From Candidatus Methanophagales archaeon ANME-1-THS (GTDB lineage Archaea; Halobacteriota; Syntropharchaeia; Alkanophagales; Methanospirareceae), in assembly GCA_004212135.1 (NCBI GenBank), contig RXIE01000127.1, forward strand, positions 1,565 to 65,564: a stretch of DNA of 64,000 nt, written 5' to 3'. Made by a program: the position numbers and the translations under genes. Under the pieces are notes generated by a model that saw nothing but the letters and a program-made list of their open reading frames with translations, ran no database searches and was not told the origin of the DNA. Of this stretch, positions 20,734 to 32,118 are shown one piece after another (position 1 is the first letter of the stretch; every line of letters starts with the position of its first letter).

Positions 20734-22332
20734 CTAAAATTTATATTTAGAAGAGACCTGGTACTCAACTACATCGGGATTGAGCCATTTACTTACCTCT
20801 TTACGCTCGGTTGGCGGCTGTCCCTGCTTCATCATCTTCACATAGCGCTTCAACCGGTTCGCCATCCAGTTCGCGGCGCGCGCGAGTAACCAGCTCCCGA
20901 TGCTTTTGCTCTTCTGGTATTCGCGCAGCAGGACGGGCATAACCGTGAGATTATGATCGAGGCATTCGCCCATAAGCTGCCAGTGCTCCGGTGTCATCTT
21001 CGCTATGGTAAAGGTCTCTTCGTTATCCAGCATGGTGCCGCGCATGGAGACGAAGTTCATTGGCACGATGAGTGATGCAGTGCCTTTCAACTCGTCCACC
21101 AGTTCGATACTCTTGAGGACATCATCCACAGTCTCGCCGGGCAGTCCGTTTATCAGTGTTGCCGCGTTGAACCACGTATTATCATCAAGGATGCCGAACG
21201 CTCCTTTGACGATCTCTGGCCACTTCTCCGGGGGTGAAGGGAGCGCTTTGCCACGCATGTGCAGTGCGATCAGCCGCTCGCTTCCCGTTTCAATGCCGGT
21301 CTGTGATCCCAGCCAATCCTGATCGAGCATGGAGTAGCAGGTTTCTGAGAGTGCGGTAACCAGACCGGGATTATGATACACGGTGGCGAGAGCGACATGG
21401 CTCGCTCCGATACTCTTGACCCCTTCAACAGCAGCAACACGCTCGATGAGCTTGAGCACCTCGTGCTCATTCGGCTTTAGCCCTTTCGCACCGTAACGCA
21501 GGAGATCTTCAGAATGAAGCGAGATCGCCCTCTGACCTCCCTCTATATTCGTCTTTACATCCTTCACAATGTGCTCAATCGATTTAAAACGGAGCTTGTG
21601 CATATCCGGTGTGCAGAACGAACAGCGCCTTCCACATCCCCTGCTAATCTCGACCAGTCCATGAATCGTCGCACCCCGGATGGGGGGTATCGCCTCTGCA
21701 TTCGGCTCTTTCCCAATGATGATCCGAGGTACTTGCTCACCCTCACAGATAGATTTGAAGATCTCGGGAAGGCTGACTTCACACTCACCGAGGAAGACAT
21801 GATCAATACCCAGTTTGTCCATGATCCCCTCATCAGCTAACTGCCATGCCCCTTTCCCGCCTGCAACCACCGTTTTATCCTTCACCACCCGCTTCTTCAT
21901 CAATTCAAAGAATTTCACACGGTTGTATGGCGGGCCTCTATTGAGGAGATCCACAAACTCCGAGGTTGGTGGGCTGATACCCAGGTAATCGTGTCCACTT
22001 ACTCCTATTATCTCCGTCCGGCTGCCTGCTACCTGCTCCAGATCCCTCGGATGAACCACCGCGACTTCATCCGCGCCAAACTCCGCTGCCAATATCGCCT
22101 CCACAATTCTGAGTCCATAATCAGCATACAGAGCCCGCCCGTTCTTCCGCGGTACCGGCGGCGAGAAGATGCTGAAGAAGAACCAATCGGGAATGATACC
22201 CTGAGGCATGCAGGTCGAGAATCCCACAAAGATCCCCCAGCGATACTGGCTCATCATCGTCTCATCAGCAGTCAGCACGATTTTGGGATTCCGCTGCATT
22301 TTCAAGCCGCCGGAGTTCAGCATCGCGCTCAC
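20734..22332 (-). CDS. B12-binding-domain radical SAM protein
   Basis: KIVLTADETMMS, YGLRIVEA, VAGGKGAWQ, EISRGCGRRCSFC and GIETGS motifs. Confidence 0.88.
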   Translation of the reverse strand: MSAMLNSGGLKMQRNPKIVLTADETMMSQYRWGIFVGFSTCMPQGIIPDWFFFSIFSPPVPRKNGRALYADYGLRIVEAILAAEFGADEVAVVHPRDLEQVAGSRTEIIGVSGHDYLGISPPTSEFVDLLNRGPPYNRVKFFELMKKRVVKDKTVVAGGKGAWQLADEGIMDKLGIDHVFLGECEVSLPEIFKSICEGEQVPRIIIGKEPNAEAIPPIRGATIHGLVEISRGCGRRCSFCTPDMHKLRFKSIEHIVKDVKTNIEGGQRAISLHSEDLLRYGAKGLKPNEHEVLKLIERVAAVEGVKSIGASHVALATVYHNPGLVTALSETCYSMLDQDWLGSQTGIETGSERLIALHMRGKALPSPPEKWPEIVKGAFGILDDNTWFNAATLINGLPGETVDDVLKSIELVDELKGTASLIVPMNFVSMRGTMLDNEETFTIAKMTPEHWQLMGECLDHNLTVMPVLLREYQKSKSIGSWLLARAANWMANRLKRYVKMMKQGQPPTERKEVSKWLNPDVVEYQVSSKYKF

Positions 22333-22746
22333 TCAACCTCCCTTCCGAGCTTCGTCATCCGCATCTTCCACTCTTCTGAGGTAATTGATCGCGCGCTCCA
22401 CGTTCTCACTGAGATGCTCAAGCTCTTTTATGCCCTCGAGATCATCCCTGAGCAGGTCGAGATATCCCAATACTCGCTCCCGTTCAGCCTTTATCAGCTC
22501 CACAAAGTTCACATTCGCGAGGTACCGGTTCTTTCTGATCCGCCGGAACCGCGCCACGAGACCCAATTTGATGAGCGTATTGAGGTAATTGATCGTCGAA
22601 GAATAGGCGTAACTTGTTCGCTCACTTATCTCTTTCGCAGAGAGCGGCTCACAGGATGCGAGCAGCACGGCGTAGATGGAACTACAGCCTTCTCCTAGCC
22701 CCCAACTCATCATCACGGCCTTCACGCCCCCGATAATCCGGTCCAT
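22333..22746 (-). CDS. GbsR/MarR-like transcriptional regulator
   Basis: WGL...SIYAVLL...PLSAKEISERTSYAYSSTINYLNTL. Confidence 0.75.
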   Translation of the reverse strand: MDRIIGGVKAVMMSWGLGEGCSSIYAVLLASCEPLSAKEISERTSYAYSSTINYLNTLIKLGLVARFRRIRKNRYLANVNFVELIKAERERVLGYLDLLRDDLEGIKELEHLSENVERAINYLRRVEDADDEARKGG

Positions 22747-22894
22747 CGGGTTTTCAAGTTTCGCGCGCCGAGTTCTTGATATTCTCATAATTATTATAAT
22801 AAGCATAACCTCTACTAATTCTTTTGGGCAGTCGTTTGAATCCGGCTCGTTAATCGGGTCGCGAATCTTGAGACGGTCTGGTACGCCCCTCTTC

Positions 22895-23971
22895 TTACCT
22901 GCGTTCGGCCTGCAGCAGATAATCGAGTACTACCAGAGCAACCATCGCCTCCGCCACCGGGACTATCCGTGGACAGATACAGGGATCGTGCCTGCCGGTT
23001 ACCCGTATCTCCACCTCGGTCATCTGCTCCATATTCACACTTCTCTGGGGCTTCGAGATGGATGAAGGTGGCTTGACCGCAATCCGGCATACCACCGGCT
23101 CTCCCGTCGAGATACCACCCAAGATCCCACCTGCATTGTTCGTTCTCGTTCTGATCCTCCCCGCTTCGATATACAGTGCATCGTTCATCTCGCTTCCTTT
23201 CATCCGCGCAGCGTCAAAACCCGCGCCTATCTCGACACCCTTCACCGCACCGATACTCATCAACGCCTTTGCGAGTTCGGCATCCAATTTGTCGAAGACC
23301 GGCTCGCCCAAACCCGCGGGAACGCCGAGCGCATGCACTTCCACAATGCCACCGACGCTCTCGCCCTCTTCCCTGGCCGCGCGTATCAACGCCTCCATTC
23401 TCTTCGCTGCTTCTAGATCCGCACACCTGACTGCATTGCTCTCCGCATGCCGCATTATCTCCTCCACACTCACTCTTCTCGCACGAATTCCCCCGATCGC
23501 CACGACATGCCCGAGAATATGGATACCACGGCTCGCCAGAATCTTCTTCGCGATTGCACCGGCTGCAACGCGCGCAACAGTCTCCCGTCCCGAAGCGCGT
23601 CCACCGCCCCGGTAATCCCGTATCCCGTACTTCAGGTGATACGTGAGATCCGCTTGACCCGGCCGCGCAATATCTTTCAGTGGCTCATAAGGGCTTGAAT
23701 CCACGTCGGTATTCCAGACGAGCATGGAAATCGGCGTGCCGAGCGTTTTACCGGCGAAGAGGCCGGACAATATCTTCACCTCGTCTGCTTCCTTCCGTTC
23801 GCTGCTGATCCCACTTATGCCGGGTTTTCTCCGATCCAGTTCGCGCTGTATATCCTCTTCTGAGAGCTCGAGCCCGGGCGGACAACCATCGACAACCACG
23901 CCCATCGCCTCGCCGTGTGACTCTCCCCAAGTTGTTACCGTAAATAGCTTTCCGAATGAATTGCCCGACAT
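22895..23971 (-). CDS. aroC: Chorismate synthase
   Basis: [21 protein letters not shown] and GRHDPC motifs; start set at MSGNSFG. Confidence 0.97.
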   Translation of the reverse strand: MSGNSFGKLFTVTTWGESHGEAMGVVVDGCPPGLELSEEDIQRELDRRKPGISGISSERKEADEVKILSGLFAGKTLGTPISMLVWNTDVDSSPYEPLKDIARPGQADLTYHLKYGIRDYRGGGRASGRETVARVAAGAIAKKILASRGIHILGHVVAIGGIRARRVSVEEIMRHAESNAVRCADLEAAKRMEALIRAAREEGESVGGIVEVHALGVPAGLGEPVFDKLDAELAKALMSIGAVKGVEIGAGFDAARMKGSEMNDALYIEAGRIRTRTNNAGGILGGISTGEPVVCRIAVKPPSSISKPQRSVNMEQMTEVEIRVTGRHDPCICPRIVPVAEAMVALVVLDYLLQAERR

Positions 23972-24158
23972 GGTAGCAAAGGATGTATACGCTCTTAGTA
24001 TTAATACCCTTTTCTCAGCCAAGAAAGTTTCTGTGCGTACCTGTGCGTACGGGAGAGTAAATGTAGGTTAACAACATGCTCATAGCGCTGGTAATCCGGA
24101 TACCTGTTCCCTGCCGCCTCGCCGATCGGTGTGATATCCGATTCGAGCGTTAACCGGC

Positions 24159-25298
24159 TCACGACCTCAAATCTTCCCGTGCAATCACCATTCTCTGGAT
24201 CTCAGAGGTGCCAACGACAATACTCAGCAGCTTTGCATCGCGGTAATACCGCTCCGCCGGGCAGCGCTTCGTGCATCCGTATCCCCCGTGTATCTGCACG
24301 GCATGTATCGCCGCACGTTGCGCAACCTCCGAGGCATAAAGCTTTGCCATAGCCGCTTCTTTCGTGCATTTCTCGCCAGTATCCGCGAGGTACGCAGCTT
24401 TGTAGGTGAGTAACCGCGCGGCTTCGAGCTCCAGAGCCATGTCCGCGAGCATGAACTGGATCGCCTGGAACCTGGCAATTGGCTGTGCAAACTGCTTCCT
24501 CTCCTTTGCATAGCTCCTGGAGGCGTCAAGGCATGCCTGCGTAATACCCACGCCAACACTGCCCATCGCTATCCGATCCCGGTCCAGCGTTGCCAGTGCT
24601 AAGCGGAGCCCCGCACCTTCAGTGCCCAATCGGTTCTCCTCCGGAACTCTGCAATCGGTGAACTGCAAACTCCCGACGATACACCCTCGCAGGCCCAGCA
24701 GATCTTCTCTCTTCTCGAACGAGAACCCCTTCATGCCCTTCTCCAGGATAAAAGCACTTATCCCCTCTTTACGTCCGCTCTGCGCGGTATAAGCAAAAAC
24801 CACGTAGATGTCCGCGACCGCTGTGTTGGTGATATACGCCTTTCTTCCATTCAGCAGATACTCGTCCCCTTCATGAAGAGCAGTGGATTCGAGCGATGCG
24901 GGATCAGAACCTGCTTCGTGCTCGGTTAACGCAAAAGCGCCCAATTTGGTCCCCTCACAGAGCGGTCTGAGATAACGCTCCTTCTGCGCTTCGGTACCTG
25001 CCGAGTAGATGGCAAACATCGAGATGAGATCGGCTACGCATATACATCCTATGCTCGCACTTGCCCTTGAAAGCTCCTCGAGCATGAGAATGTAGCTCAG
25101 AAACGTGCTATTTGAGCCGCTGTAGGTTAGTGGGAAGGGTAACCCGAGGAATTTGAGCTCCGCCATGCGCTTCGTTATATCAAGAGGGAACTTCCCACTT
25201 CGGTCCAGCTCAGCGGCTCGAGGCTGTAGCTCCTTCTCGGCAAATGCGCGCGCGCGCCTCTGAACTGCGTGCTCCTCTTCAGTTAATCCAAATTCCAT
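24159..25298 (-). CDS. Acyl-CoA dehydrogenase
   Basis: AFALTEHEAGSD, LNGRKAYITN, QIHGGYG and GTSEIQR motifs. Confidence 0.92.
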   Translation of the reverse strand: MEFGLTEEEHAVQRRARAFAEKELQPRAAELDRSGKFPLDITKRMAELKFLGLPFPLTYSGSNSTFLSYILMLEELSRASASIGCICVADLISMFAIYSAGTEAQKERYLRPLCEGTKLGAFALTEHEAGSDPASLESTALHEGDEYLLNGRKAYITNTAVADIYVVFAYTAQSGRKEGISAFILEKGMKGFSFEKREDLLGLRGCIVGSLQFTDCRVPEENRLGTEGAGLRLALATLDRDRIAMGSVGVGITQACLDASRSYAKERKQFAQPIARFQAIQFMLADMALELEAARLLTYKAAYLADTGEKCTKEAAMAKLYASEVAQRAAIHAVQIHGGYGCTKRCPAERYYRDAKLLSIVVGTSEIQRMVIAREDLRS

Positions 25299-25433
25299 GC
25301 ACCCGGTAAGGGCTTATAGAGCGCGGTACCTAAAAAATCTTTGAGTACAAGTTTTATGTGCATGAAAGAGGGATAAAAGGTTAGAGCGTAACCGCGGTGC
25401 GCTCAGCTCAGTATACGTGAGGGGGTACGCAAA

Positions 25434-26657
25434 ACGAAGAAGCCAGCTCTGAACATCGGAATGGTCGGACATGTGGATCATGGAAAGACAACGTTAGTCA
25501 ACGCGTTATCCGGTGAATGGACGGACCGACATAGTGAAGAGATCAAGCGAGGAATATCAATACGGCTCGGCTATGCGGATGCGACCTTCAGACGATGTCC
25601 GGTTTGCGAAGAGCCGGATTGTTACACGGTGGAAGAGATTTGTAAGCATTGCGGCTCGAAGACTGACGAGCTGCGGGCTGTTTCTTTTGTGGATTCACCC
25701 GGTCATGAAGCGTTAATGGCAACGATGCTCAGTGGTGCGGCGATTATGGATGGCGCGGTTCTGCTCATCGCGGCTTCCGAGCCCTGCCCACAGCCTCAGA
25801 CGAAGGAGCATTTGATGGCACTGAGCATCGTGGGCATTGATAAAATCGTCATTGCGCAGAATAAAATCGACCTCGTTTCGAGGGAGGGGGCGATCGCGCA
25901 CTATCGTCAAATAAAAGCGTTTGTTAAAGGGACCATTGCGGAAAACGCACCGATTGTGCCGCTATCCGCACAGCAGTCTGCGAATGTTGATGTATTGATC
26001 CAGGCTTTAGAGAAGACCATACCCACGCCTGAACGAGCACTTGATGAAGCTGCACGGATGTATATTGCACGCTCCTTCGATGTGAATAAGCCTGGCACGC
26101 CTATACCGGAACTCAAAGGCGGGGTCATCGGTGGTTCGCTCCTCAAGGGACGGCTGAAGGAAGGCGATAAGTTAGAAATACTCCCCGGGAGGAGTGTGAC
26201 GACGGGTGGCAAGGAGAGATGGATACCAATCGAAACGGAGATCACCTCAATCATTGTTGGCGGTGAACGGGTCAAAGAAGTGGCTCCCGGCGGACTTGTT
26301 GGCATTGGCACGAAGTTGGACCCGAGTATGACGAAAGAGGACTCGTTAGTGGGGCAGTGTGCAGGAATTCCGGGCACCTTACCACCAACGTGGAATGAAC
26401 TGGCGATCGAATTTCAATTGTTCGAACGCGCGGTCGGCGTAGAAAAGGAAGTGGACGTGCCACCAATAAAAGTGGGTGAGCATATCATGGTGAGTGCGGG
26501 GACTGCAATTACGATCGGTGAGGTGAAGAAGGTGACGAAGAAGAGCCTTGAGGTGAAGCTGAGCAGACCGATATGCGCGGAACAAGGGTCTCGCGTGGCC
26601 ATCGGACGTAAGATGAGGGAACGATGGCACTTGATCGGTGCGGGTGTCATAAAGTAA
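25434..26657 (+). CDS. eif2g: Translation initiation factor aIF2 subunit gamma (true start uncertain)
   Basis: (PALNIG)[23 protein letters not shown], CxxC zinc knuckle, DSPGHE and QNKID. Conserved sequence extends upstream of the first ATG (25461). Confidence 0.95.
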   Translation, partial: TKKPALNIGMVGHVDHGKTTLVNALSGEWTDRHSEEIKRGISIRLGYADATFRRCPVCEEPDCYTVEEICKHCGSKTDELRAVSFVDSPGHEALMATMLSGAAIMDGAVLLIAASEPCPQPQTKEHLMALSIVGIDKIVIAQNKIDLVSREGAIAHYRQIKAFVKGTIAENAPIVPLSAQQSANVDVLIQALEKTIPTPERALDEAARMYIARSFDVNKPGTPIPELKGGVIGGSLLKGRLKEGDKLEILPGRSVTTGGKERWIPIETEITSIIVGGERVKEVAPGGLVGIGTKLDPSMTKEDSLVGQCAGIPGTLPPTWNELAIEFQLFERAVGVEKEVDVPPIKVGEHIMVSAGTAITIGEVKKVTKKSLEVKLSRPICAEQGSRVAIGRKMRERWHLIGAGVIK

Positions 26658-26664
26658 GACCGGT

Positions 26665-29259
26665 TTAGGACGCTGCAGCGGCGCGTGAGAAGACGATTTT
26701 GCCATCTGAGACCTCAGCCCGGATCGTATCGCCTTCACTGAACTCGCCATCTAGGATCTTCATGGATAAGGGGTCCTCGATCATCCGCTGAATGGTTCGC
26801 TTGACCGGTCTCGCTCCAAATATCGGATCGAAGCCTTTGCTCGCGATCAATTCTTTGACCGCATCGCTCGCCGAGATCGTAATTCTCTTCTCCGCGAGCC
26901 TCTCCTGGAGGTACCGCAGTTGGATCTCAACCACCTTCTTTATCTCAGCCTTGCCCAGCGGGTTGAATATAACCGTCTCATCAATCCGATTCAAGAACTC
27001 GGGCCGGAAGTTCATTTTCAGCACCTCCATCACCTTCTCTTCCAGCTCCTTGCCTCTCAATTCCTGTATGAACGGGGTTGCAATGTTCGAGGTCATAATA
27101 ATAACCGTGTTTTTGAAGTTCACGGTTCTCCCATGACCATCCGTGAGACGACCATCGTCCAGGATCTGAAGCAGCAGATTGAAGACATCCACATGTGCCT
27201 TCTCGATCTCGTCAAAGAGGATGACGGTGTACGGCCGTCTCCGCACCGCTTCGGTCAGGAATCCGCCCTCTTCATACCCCACGTAGCCGGGCGGTGCACC
27301 GATAAGCCGCGCAATCGAGTGCCGCTCCATGAACTCCGACATGTCCATACGCACCATTGCCCGTTCATCATCGAAGAGAAATTCCGCAAGTGCCTTTGCG
27401 AGTTCCGTCTTCCCGACGCCCGTTGGACCGAGGAAAATGAACGACCCGATGGGTCTGTTCGGATCGCTGAGCCCTGCTCGACCCCGTCTGATCGCATTGG
27501 ACACCAGGGCAATCGCTTTATCCTGACCAACCACGCGCTCTTTCAATCGCTCTTCCATATGCAGCAACTTCTCGGTCTCGGCCTCAAGCATCTTCGAGAC
27601 GGGTATCCCGGACCATTTCGCAATCACCTCGGCAACGTCCTCCTCGTCAACTTCCTCTTTGAGCAGCATCTGATCCTTCTGCAGTCCCTTGAGCTTTTCA
27701 TTTTGCGCATCCAATTCCTTCTGTAGTTCGATCAGCGTACCGTAGCGAATTTGTGCCACGCGTTCCAAATTGCCACTCCGTTCAGCCTGCTGCTCTTCTA
27801 ACTTCGCCTGGTCGATCTTCGCTTTGATCTCCCGTATTCGCTGGATCAACTCCTTCTCATTCTGCCATCTCGCTTTGAGCTGGTCAGCCTTTTCCTTTAA
27901 TTCAGAGAGTTCCTTTCTGAGCTTCTCAAGCCGTTCCTTTGATTCTTTATCTTTCTCGCGCTTCAAAGCCTGTTCTTCGATCTCCAATTGCCTGATTTTC
28001 CGTTCCACCTCGTCTATTTCCGCGGGCATACTATCAATCTCGGTTCTCAACTTCGAAGCGGCTTCGTCAATCGCATCAATCGCTTTGTCCGGCAGGAATC
28101 GATCGGTGATATATCTGCTGGAAAGCGTGGCCGCGGCAATCAATGCGGCATCCTGTATCCTCACCCCATGATGCAGTTCATATCGCTCCTTCAATCCGCG
28201 GAGAATCGAAATGGTATCCTCAACTGATGGTTCTCGGACCGTAATCGGCTGGAACCGGCGTTCCAGTGCGGCATCCTTCTCGATATACTTGCGATATTCA
28301 TCGGTCGTCGTTGCACCGACGCATCTGAGTTCGCCGCGTGCAAGTGCGGGCTTGAGCATATTCGAGGCATCTATCGCACCCTCGGCCGCGCCTGCTCCCA
28401 CAACTGTGTGTAATTCATCAATAAAGAGGATAATCTGACCTTCAGCGGCATCAATCTCCCGTAATACCGCCTTCAGTCGGTCCTCAAACTCACCTCTGAA
28501 CTTCGTTCCGGCAATTAAGGCTCCCATATCGAGCGCAACCACGCGCTTATCTTTTAAGGTCTCAGGAACGTCGCCGTTAACAATTCGCTGGGCCAAGCCT
28601 TCCACAATCGCAGTCTTCCCCACGCCCGCCTCTCCGATCAGCACGGGATTATTCTTCGTTCTCCTCGAAAGGACTTGAATCACCCTGCGGATCTCGTCAT
28701 TTCGGCCTATCACCGGGTCGAGCTTCCCTTTACGCGCGAGATCGGTCAGATCGCGTGTGTACCGTTGCAGTGCCTGATACTTCGCCTCGGGCGTTTGATC
28801 CACTATGCGCTGCTGACCGCGAATTCCCGTCAAGGCTTCATAGATCCTCTCCTTCGTCACACCCATTCCTTTAAGGATCCGCGGTGATCCCGGCTCGTCC
28901 TCCTCAGCGATCGCGAGGAGCATATGCTCCGTGCTCATATACTCATCCTTCATCGCCTGGGCGGCTTTCCATGCCTGCTCCAGCGTCTTGTTCAAGCGCG
29001 GCGTGAGGTAAATCTGGTCAATGCCACCGCCTCCATAGACCTGGGGCAAGGAACGTAAATGCGCATTGAGGCGAGATTTGAGCTGCTCGGTATCTACACC
29101 GATTCTCTGCAGTATCGGGCCGATGATACCGTCCGATTGTTCAACCAGAGCTAAAAGGAGGTGTTCCACATCTATCTGCTGATGGGTATATCTGTCGGCG
29201 ATGTTCTTTGCTTCCTGCAGCGCCTCCTGCGCCTTCAAAGTCAGTTTATCAAGCCTCAT
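26665..29259 (-). CDS. clpB: ATP-dependent chaperone ClpB
   Basis: Two AAA+ domains ([16 protein letters not shown]), Clp N-domain and coiled-coil M-domain. Confidence 0.97.
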   Translation of the reverse strand: MRLDKLTLKAQEALQEAKNIADRYTHQQIDVEHLLLALVEQSDGIIGPILQRIGVDTEQLKSRLNAHLRSLPQVYGGGGIDQIYLTPRLNKTLEQAWKAAQAMKDEYMSTEHMLLAIAEEDEPGSPRILKGMGVTKERIYEALTGIRGQQRIVDQTPEAKYQALQRYTRDLTDLARKGKLDPVIGRNDEIRRVIQVLSRRTKNNPVLIGEAGVGKTAIVEGLAQRIVNGDVPETLKDKRVVALDMGALIAGTKFRGEFEDRLKAVLREIDAAEGQIILFIDELHTVVGAGAAEGAIDASNMLKPALARGELRCVGATTTDEYRKYIEKDAALERRFQPITVREPSVEDTISILRGLKERYELHHGVRIQDAALIAAATLSSRYITDRFLPDKAIDAIDEAASKLRTEIDSMPAEIDEVERKIRQLEIEEQALKREKDKESKERLEKLRKELSELKEKADQLKARWQNEKELIQRIREIKAKIDQAKLEEQQAERSGNLERVAQIRYGTLIELQKELDAQNEKLKGLQKDQMLLKEEVDEEDVAEVIAKWSGIPVSKMLEAETEKLLHMEERLKERVVGQDKAIALVSNAIRRGRAGLSDPNRPIGSFIFLGPTGVGKTELAKALAEFLFDDERAMVRMDMSEFMERHSIARLIGAPPGYVGYEEGGFLTEAVRRRPYTVILFDEIEKAHVDVFNLLLQILDDGRLTDGHGRTVNFKNTVIIMTSNIATPFIQELRGKELEEKVMEVLKMNFRPEFLNRIDETVIFNPLGKAEIKKVVEIQLRYLQERLAEKRITISASDAVKELIASKGFDPIFGARPVKRTIQRMIEDPLSMKILDGEFSEGDTIRAEVSDGKIVFSRAAAAS

Positions 29260-29489
29260 AGGGGTATCACGCTCTCCATCCACCCTTTATGAAACATATA
29301 CAAAAATGGTAATAAATAGTTACGAATTCTTTGCGTCAATAATCATGACGAGAGCCGAAAAAGAGCAGCTCAGCACATGCACCAAAGATGATGAACAGAG
29401 CGTTCTAAACCTGCCTCCTCCTCGTCGTCAGAGGTGCTCAATCGGTCATGATGCGACTGAGAGATTTTTTGGCCCGCCTATTCCGCCAT

Positions 29490-29717
29490 TCATTTCAGAT
29501 GCACTTCGGTATTCGGCTTTCTCATCGTCATTGATGCCAGTTCGGACCCCAGTACGAAAATGGCCTGCTTGTGCTCTTCCTTACTCCGGTGCACCTGAAA
29601 TGGGGAGATCTTCAACGCTCGATACCGCTCGAAATCGCAGTTCAACCCAGTGTCTTCACAATATTTCTTCAACTGAGCCAATAACATATGTATGTGTATC
29701 AGCTCTTCTTTCTTCAT
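29490..29717 (-). CDS. UPF0058 family protein
   Basis: MKKEELIHIH...ISPFQVHRSKEEHKQAIFVLG. Confidence 0.88.
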   Translation of the reverse strand: MKKEELIHIHMLLAQLKKYCEDTGLNCDFERYRALKISPFQVHRSKEEHKQAIFVLGSELASMTMRKPNTEVHLK

Positions 29718-29940
29718 ATTGACCTCTTTTGACCTGTGACTCTCGAATCAGGTCATGTGCAAATAGAGAAGTGCAGTAAGTATTATAAATAAGGTTAAGG
29801 GCTTCACGTACTGACTTATGATACGAACCTGAGGGACTGAGCGGAATTATTACCGGTCTATCATATTATCTGGCACCTGCCTCTTTGCATGGATGCGCCA
29901 ATAATCACGTTGAAGAAGGTTACGCGGTTGGTGAATTACA

Positions 29941-30525
29941 CTATTTCAAGACATCGACCAGAGCAACTCGCTCTAACACCAGCATCTTCAACTTCTGCTC
30001 GCCCACTGCACTGAGTTCGTCACGGGAAATGGAGAAAAAGTCTTTTATTCGCTCTCTTTTGTGCGCATCCTTCTCCAGATCCGATTCCCAGTCCTGCAGT
30101 GAGATCTCTGCTATTCCTATCTTTCTCCTCACCTCTTCAGCCACAACCTCTAAATCCTTTGCGCCCGTTTCATCCACTATGACGACCGCAACTTTGTGCT
30201 CGCCTGCTCTCACGCCCATCTCCAATGCCCGCTCTATCTGCCTTCTTCCTGACGCATATAACAGAATCTCCATGCCCAGATCGCTCGTTATAGTTTTTTT
30301 CCGCTTCAGAGCCCGTAGCGCCTTTTGCACTGCGGCCTGTAGGTGCTCCTCACCGGCTAGTAAGTTCGCATCCAGAGCCTGGATCGTCACCCGGTAGGTA
30401 TGCGCAATAGCCTTCAATGCCGAAAGGAAATCGTCTACGGTTGAGATCCAGAGGTTGCCAGCAAGTATAGTGCAGTTGAATTCGTGCTCTTCTTGGCTCT
30501 CCCATTGACTCATGTCATTCACCAT
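29941..30525 (-). CDS. cgi121: KEOPS complex subunit Cgi121
   Basis: QALDA...GEEHL, MEILLYASGRRQIERALEMG and LVLERVAL motifs. Confidence 0.9.
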   Translation of the reverse strand: MVNDMSQWESQEEHEFNCTILAGNLWISTVDDFLSALKAIAHTYRVTIQALDANLLAGEEHLQAAVQKALRALKRKKTITSDLGMEILLYASGRRQIERALEMGVRAGEHKVAVVIVDETGAKDLEVVAEEVRRKIGIAEISLQDWESDLEKDAHKRERIKDFFSISRDELSAVGEQKLKMLVLERVALVDVLK

Positions 30526-30704
30526 TTTCCTATCCTATCGTACTGAATCCATTTCACCTTTATTAACCCGCTTTCATTCGATTAACCCGCGTTTGTAAAA
30601 AGATAAAGAATCCGTTCATTTACCTTTTTCCCTTCTGTTTCTCCTGCATTCTTCGATTCGATGTGGCACGGACCTCATGCGAATAAAAAAAGGGAGAGCG
30701 GTTT

Positions 30705-30791
30705 TTACTCCCTCCTTATCCTCCACCGTACCAGCAGTGTCAGCGCGAGTAAGCCGATTCCAACCAGTACAAGTGTAGATATCTCTGGAAT
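30705..30791 (-). pseudogene. Orphan PEF/PEP-CTERM-like sorting-signal remnant
   Basis: Reads IPEISTLVLVGIGLLALTLLVRWRIRRE*; preceded by an in-frame TAA and followed by a hairpin with a T-tract (30685-30712). Confidence 0.7.
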
Positions 30792-30893
30792 TTATGGTTC
30801 GTACCTCAGGTCTCTGGAGCTCACGTGACTTGGTTAGACAACCTTCTTAGAATGTGTAGACCAGAGAAAAGAAGCTGGAGACGAGTGCTTTAC

Positions 30894-31949
30894 TTATACA
30901 TAGCCACGCTGCAGCAGCACTTCGGCATTCAGTATGGATGCACCCGCAGCGCCTCGTATGGTGTTGTGGCCCAGCGCGATATACTTGATTGCGTTCTTCA
31001 TTCTCCCGTCTCGTACTCGTCCTACTGATACGCTCATCCCCTTGCCCGCATCCCGATCAAGCTTCGGCTGCGGTCTGTCACGTTCCTCACGCAGTATGAT
31101 CGGCTTCTCAGGAGCGAATGGTGTTTTAAAATCGCTCCGGAAGTCCCTAAACGCCTGTTTTACCTCGTCCACACCTACTGGTTCCTCAAAGGTCACCCAG
31201 ACCGCTTCGGTATGGCCATCCATTACCATGACACGATGGCACGAGGCACAGACGGTGAACGGTGCATTTGTAATCGCCGAACCTTCAAGTGTTCCGAGAA
31301 GCTTGAGCGTCTCGCTCTCCATCTTATCCTCTTCGCGCTCGATGAACGGTATCACGTTATCCAGGATCGCCATGGACGGCACACCCGCGTAGCCCGCACC
31401 TGATACCGCCTGCATCGTTGATACCTGCACCCCTTGTATGCCGAATCGCATCAAGGGCTTCAAACTCAAGGTCAGCATGATCGCCGAACAGTTAGGATTG
31501 GTGATGATGAACCCGTCCCAGCCCCGGATCGATTGTTGCACCTCGATGAGCGCTAAATGGTCCGCATTGACCTCCGGGATGACCAGAGGTATATCCTTTT
31601 CCATCCGATGTACCGAGACATTGCTGCAGACCACGTAGCCCGCCTCTGCACATCGCTTCTCCACGTTGCTCGCTACCTGTCCCGGCAATGCCGAGAACAT
31701 AATGCGTATATCATCATCGGAATCTGAAGCGCCGATATCCTCCATAGAGCGTATTACCATCTCTGCCGCTTCTTCGGGCATTTCAGAGGGGAGGAACCAT
31801 TTCGCTACCTCCCGGTATCTCTTTCCCACACTTCGTTCAGAAGCAAAGAGCGCGCCAAATTCAAACCATGGATGGTCTTCCAGGAGCTGTACGAACCGCT
31901 GACCTACGCTTCCCGTTGCACCCAATACCCCAACTTTTATTCTCGCCAT
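30894..31949 (-). CDS. asd: Aspartate-semialdehyde dehydrogenase
   Basis: GATGSVGQRF, NPNCS, MQAVSGAG and HNTIRGAAG motifs. Confidence 0.97.
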   Translation of the reverse strand: MARIKVGVLGATGSVGQRFVQLLEDHPWFEFGALFASERSVGKRYREVAKWFLPSEMPEEAAEMVIRSMEDIGASDSDDDIRIMFSALPGQVASNVEKRCAEAGYVVCSNVSVHRMEKDIPLVIPEVNADHLALIEVQQSIRGWDGFIITNPNCSAIMLTLSLKPLMRFGIQGVQVSTMQAVSGAGYAGVPSMAILDNVIPFIEREEDKMESETLKLLGTLEGSAITNAPFTVCASCHRVMVMDGHTEAVWVTFEEPVGVDEVKQAFRDFRSDFKTPFAPEKPIILREERDRPQPKLDRDAGKGMSVSVGRVRDGRMKNAIKYIALGHNTIRGAAGASILNAEVLLQRGYV

Positions 31950-32118
31950 ACCGCACGTATCCCTTCTTCGGGAAATGCTATAAATCTCCCTGCACCTCTT
32001 CTCTTTACCACAACTTCTTTAAAAAACTATAGCAAACGTGTGCGCACCATAAGAAACCTGGACTGAATAAAAGGTTTATTAGGGGGAGGTCGAGTAATAC
32101 ATAGGATGGGAAACAGTA

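Noticed and set aside
24031-24050. ctgtgcgtac tandem duplicate upstream of aroC
   Set aside because: Only two 10-nt units and no other copies seen; likely local slippage.
24159-25298. Acyl-CoA dehydrogenase as evidence for multi-carbon alkane oxidation
   Set aside because: It is a single isolated gene with no etf or other beta-oxidation genes in the window.
26792-28887. Several long plus-strand ORFs opposite clpB (similar shadows lie opposite aroC, hypF, asd and the hydrogenase genes)
   Set aside because: These are antisense shadow frames of conserved genes with no independent motifs.
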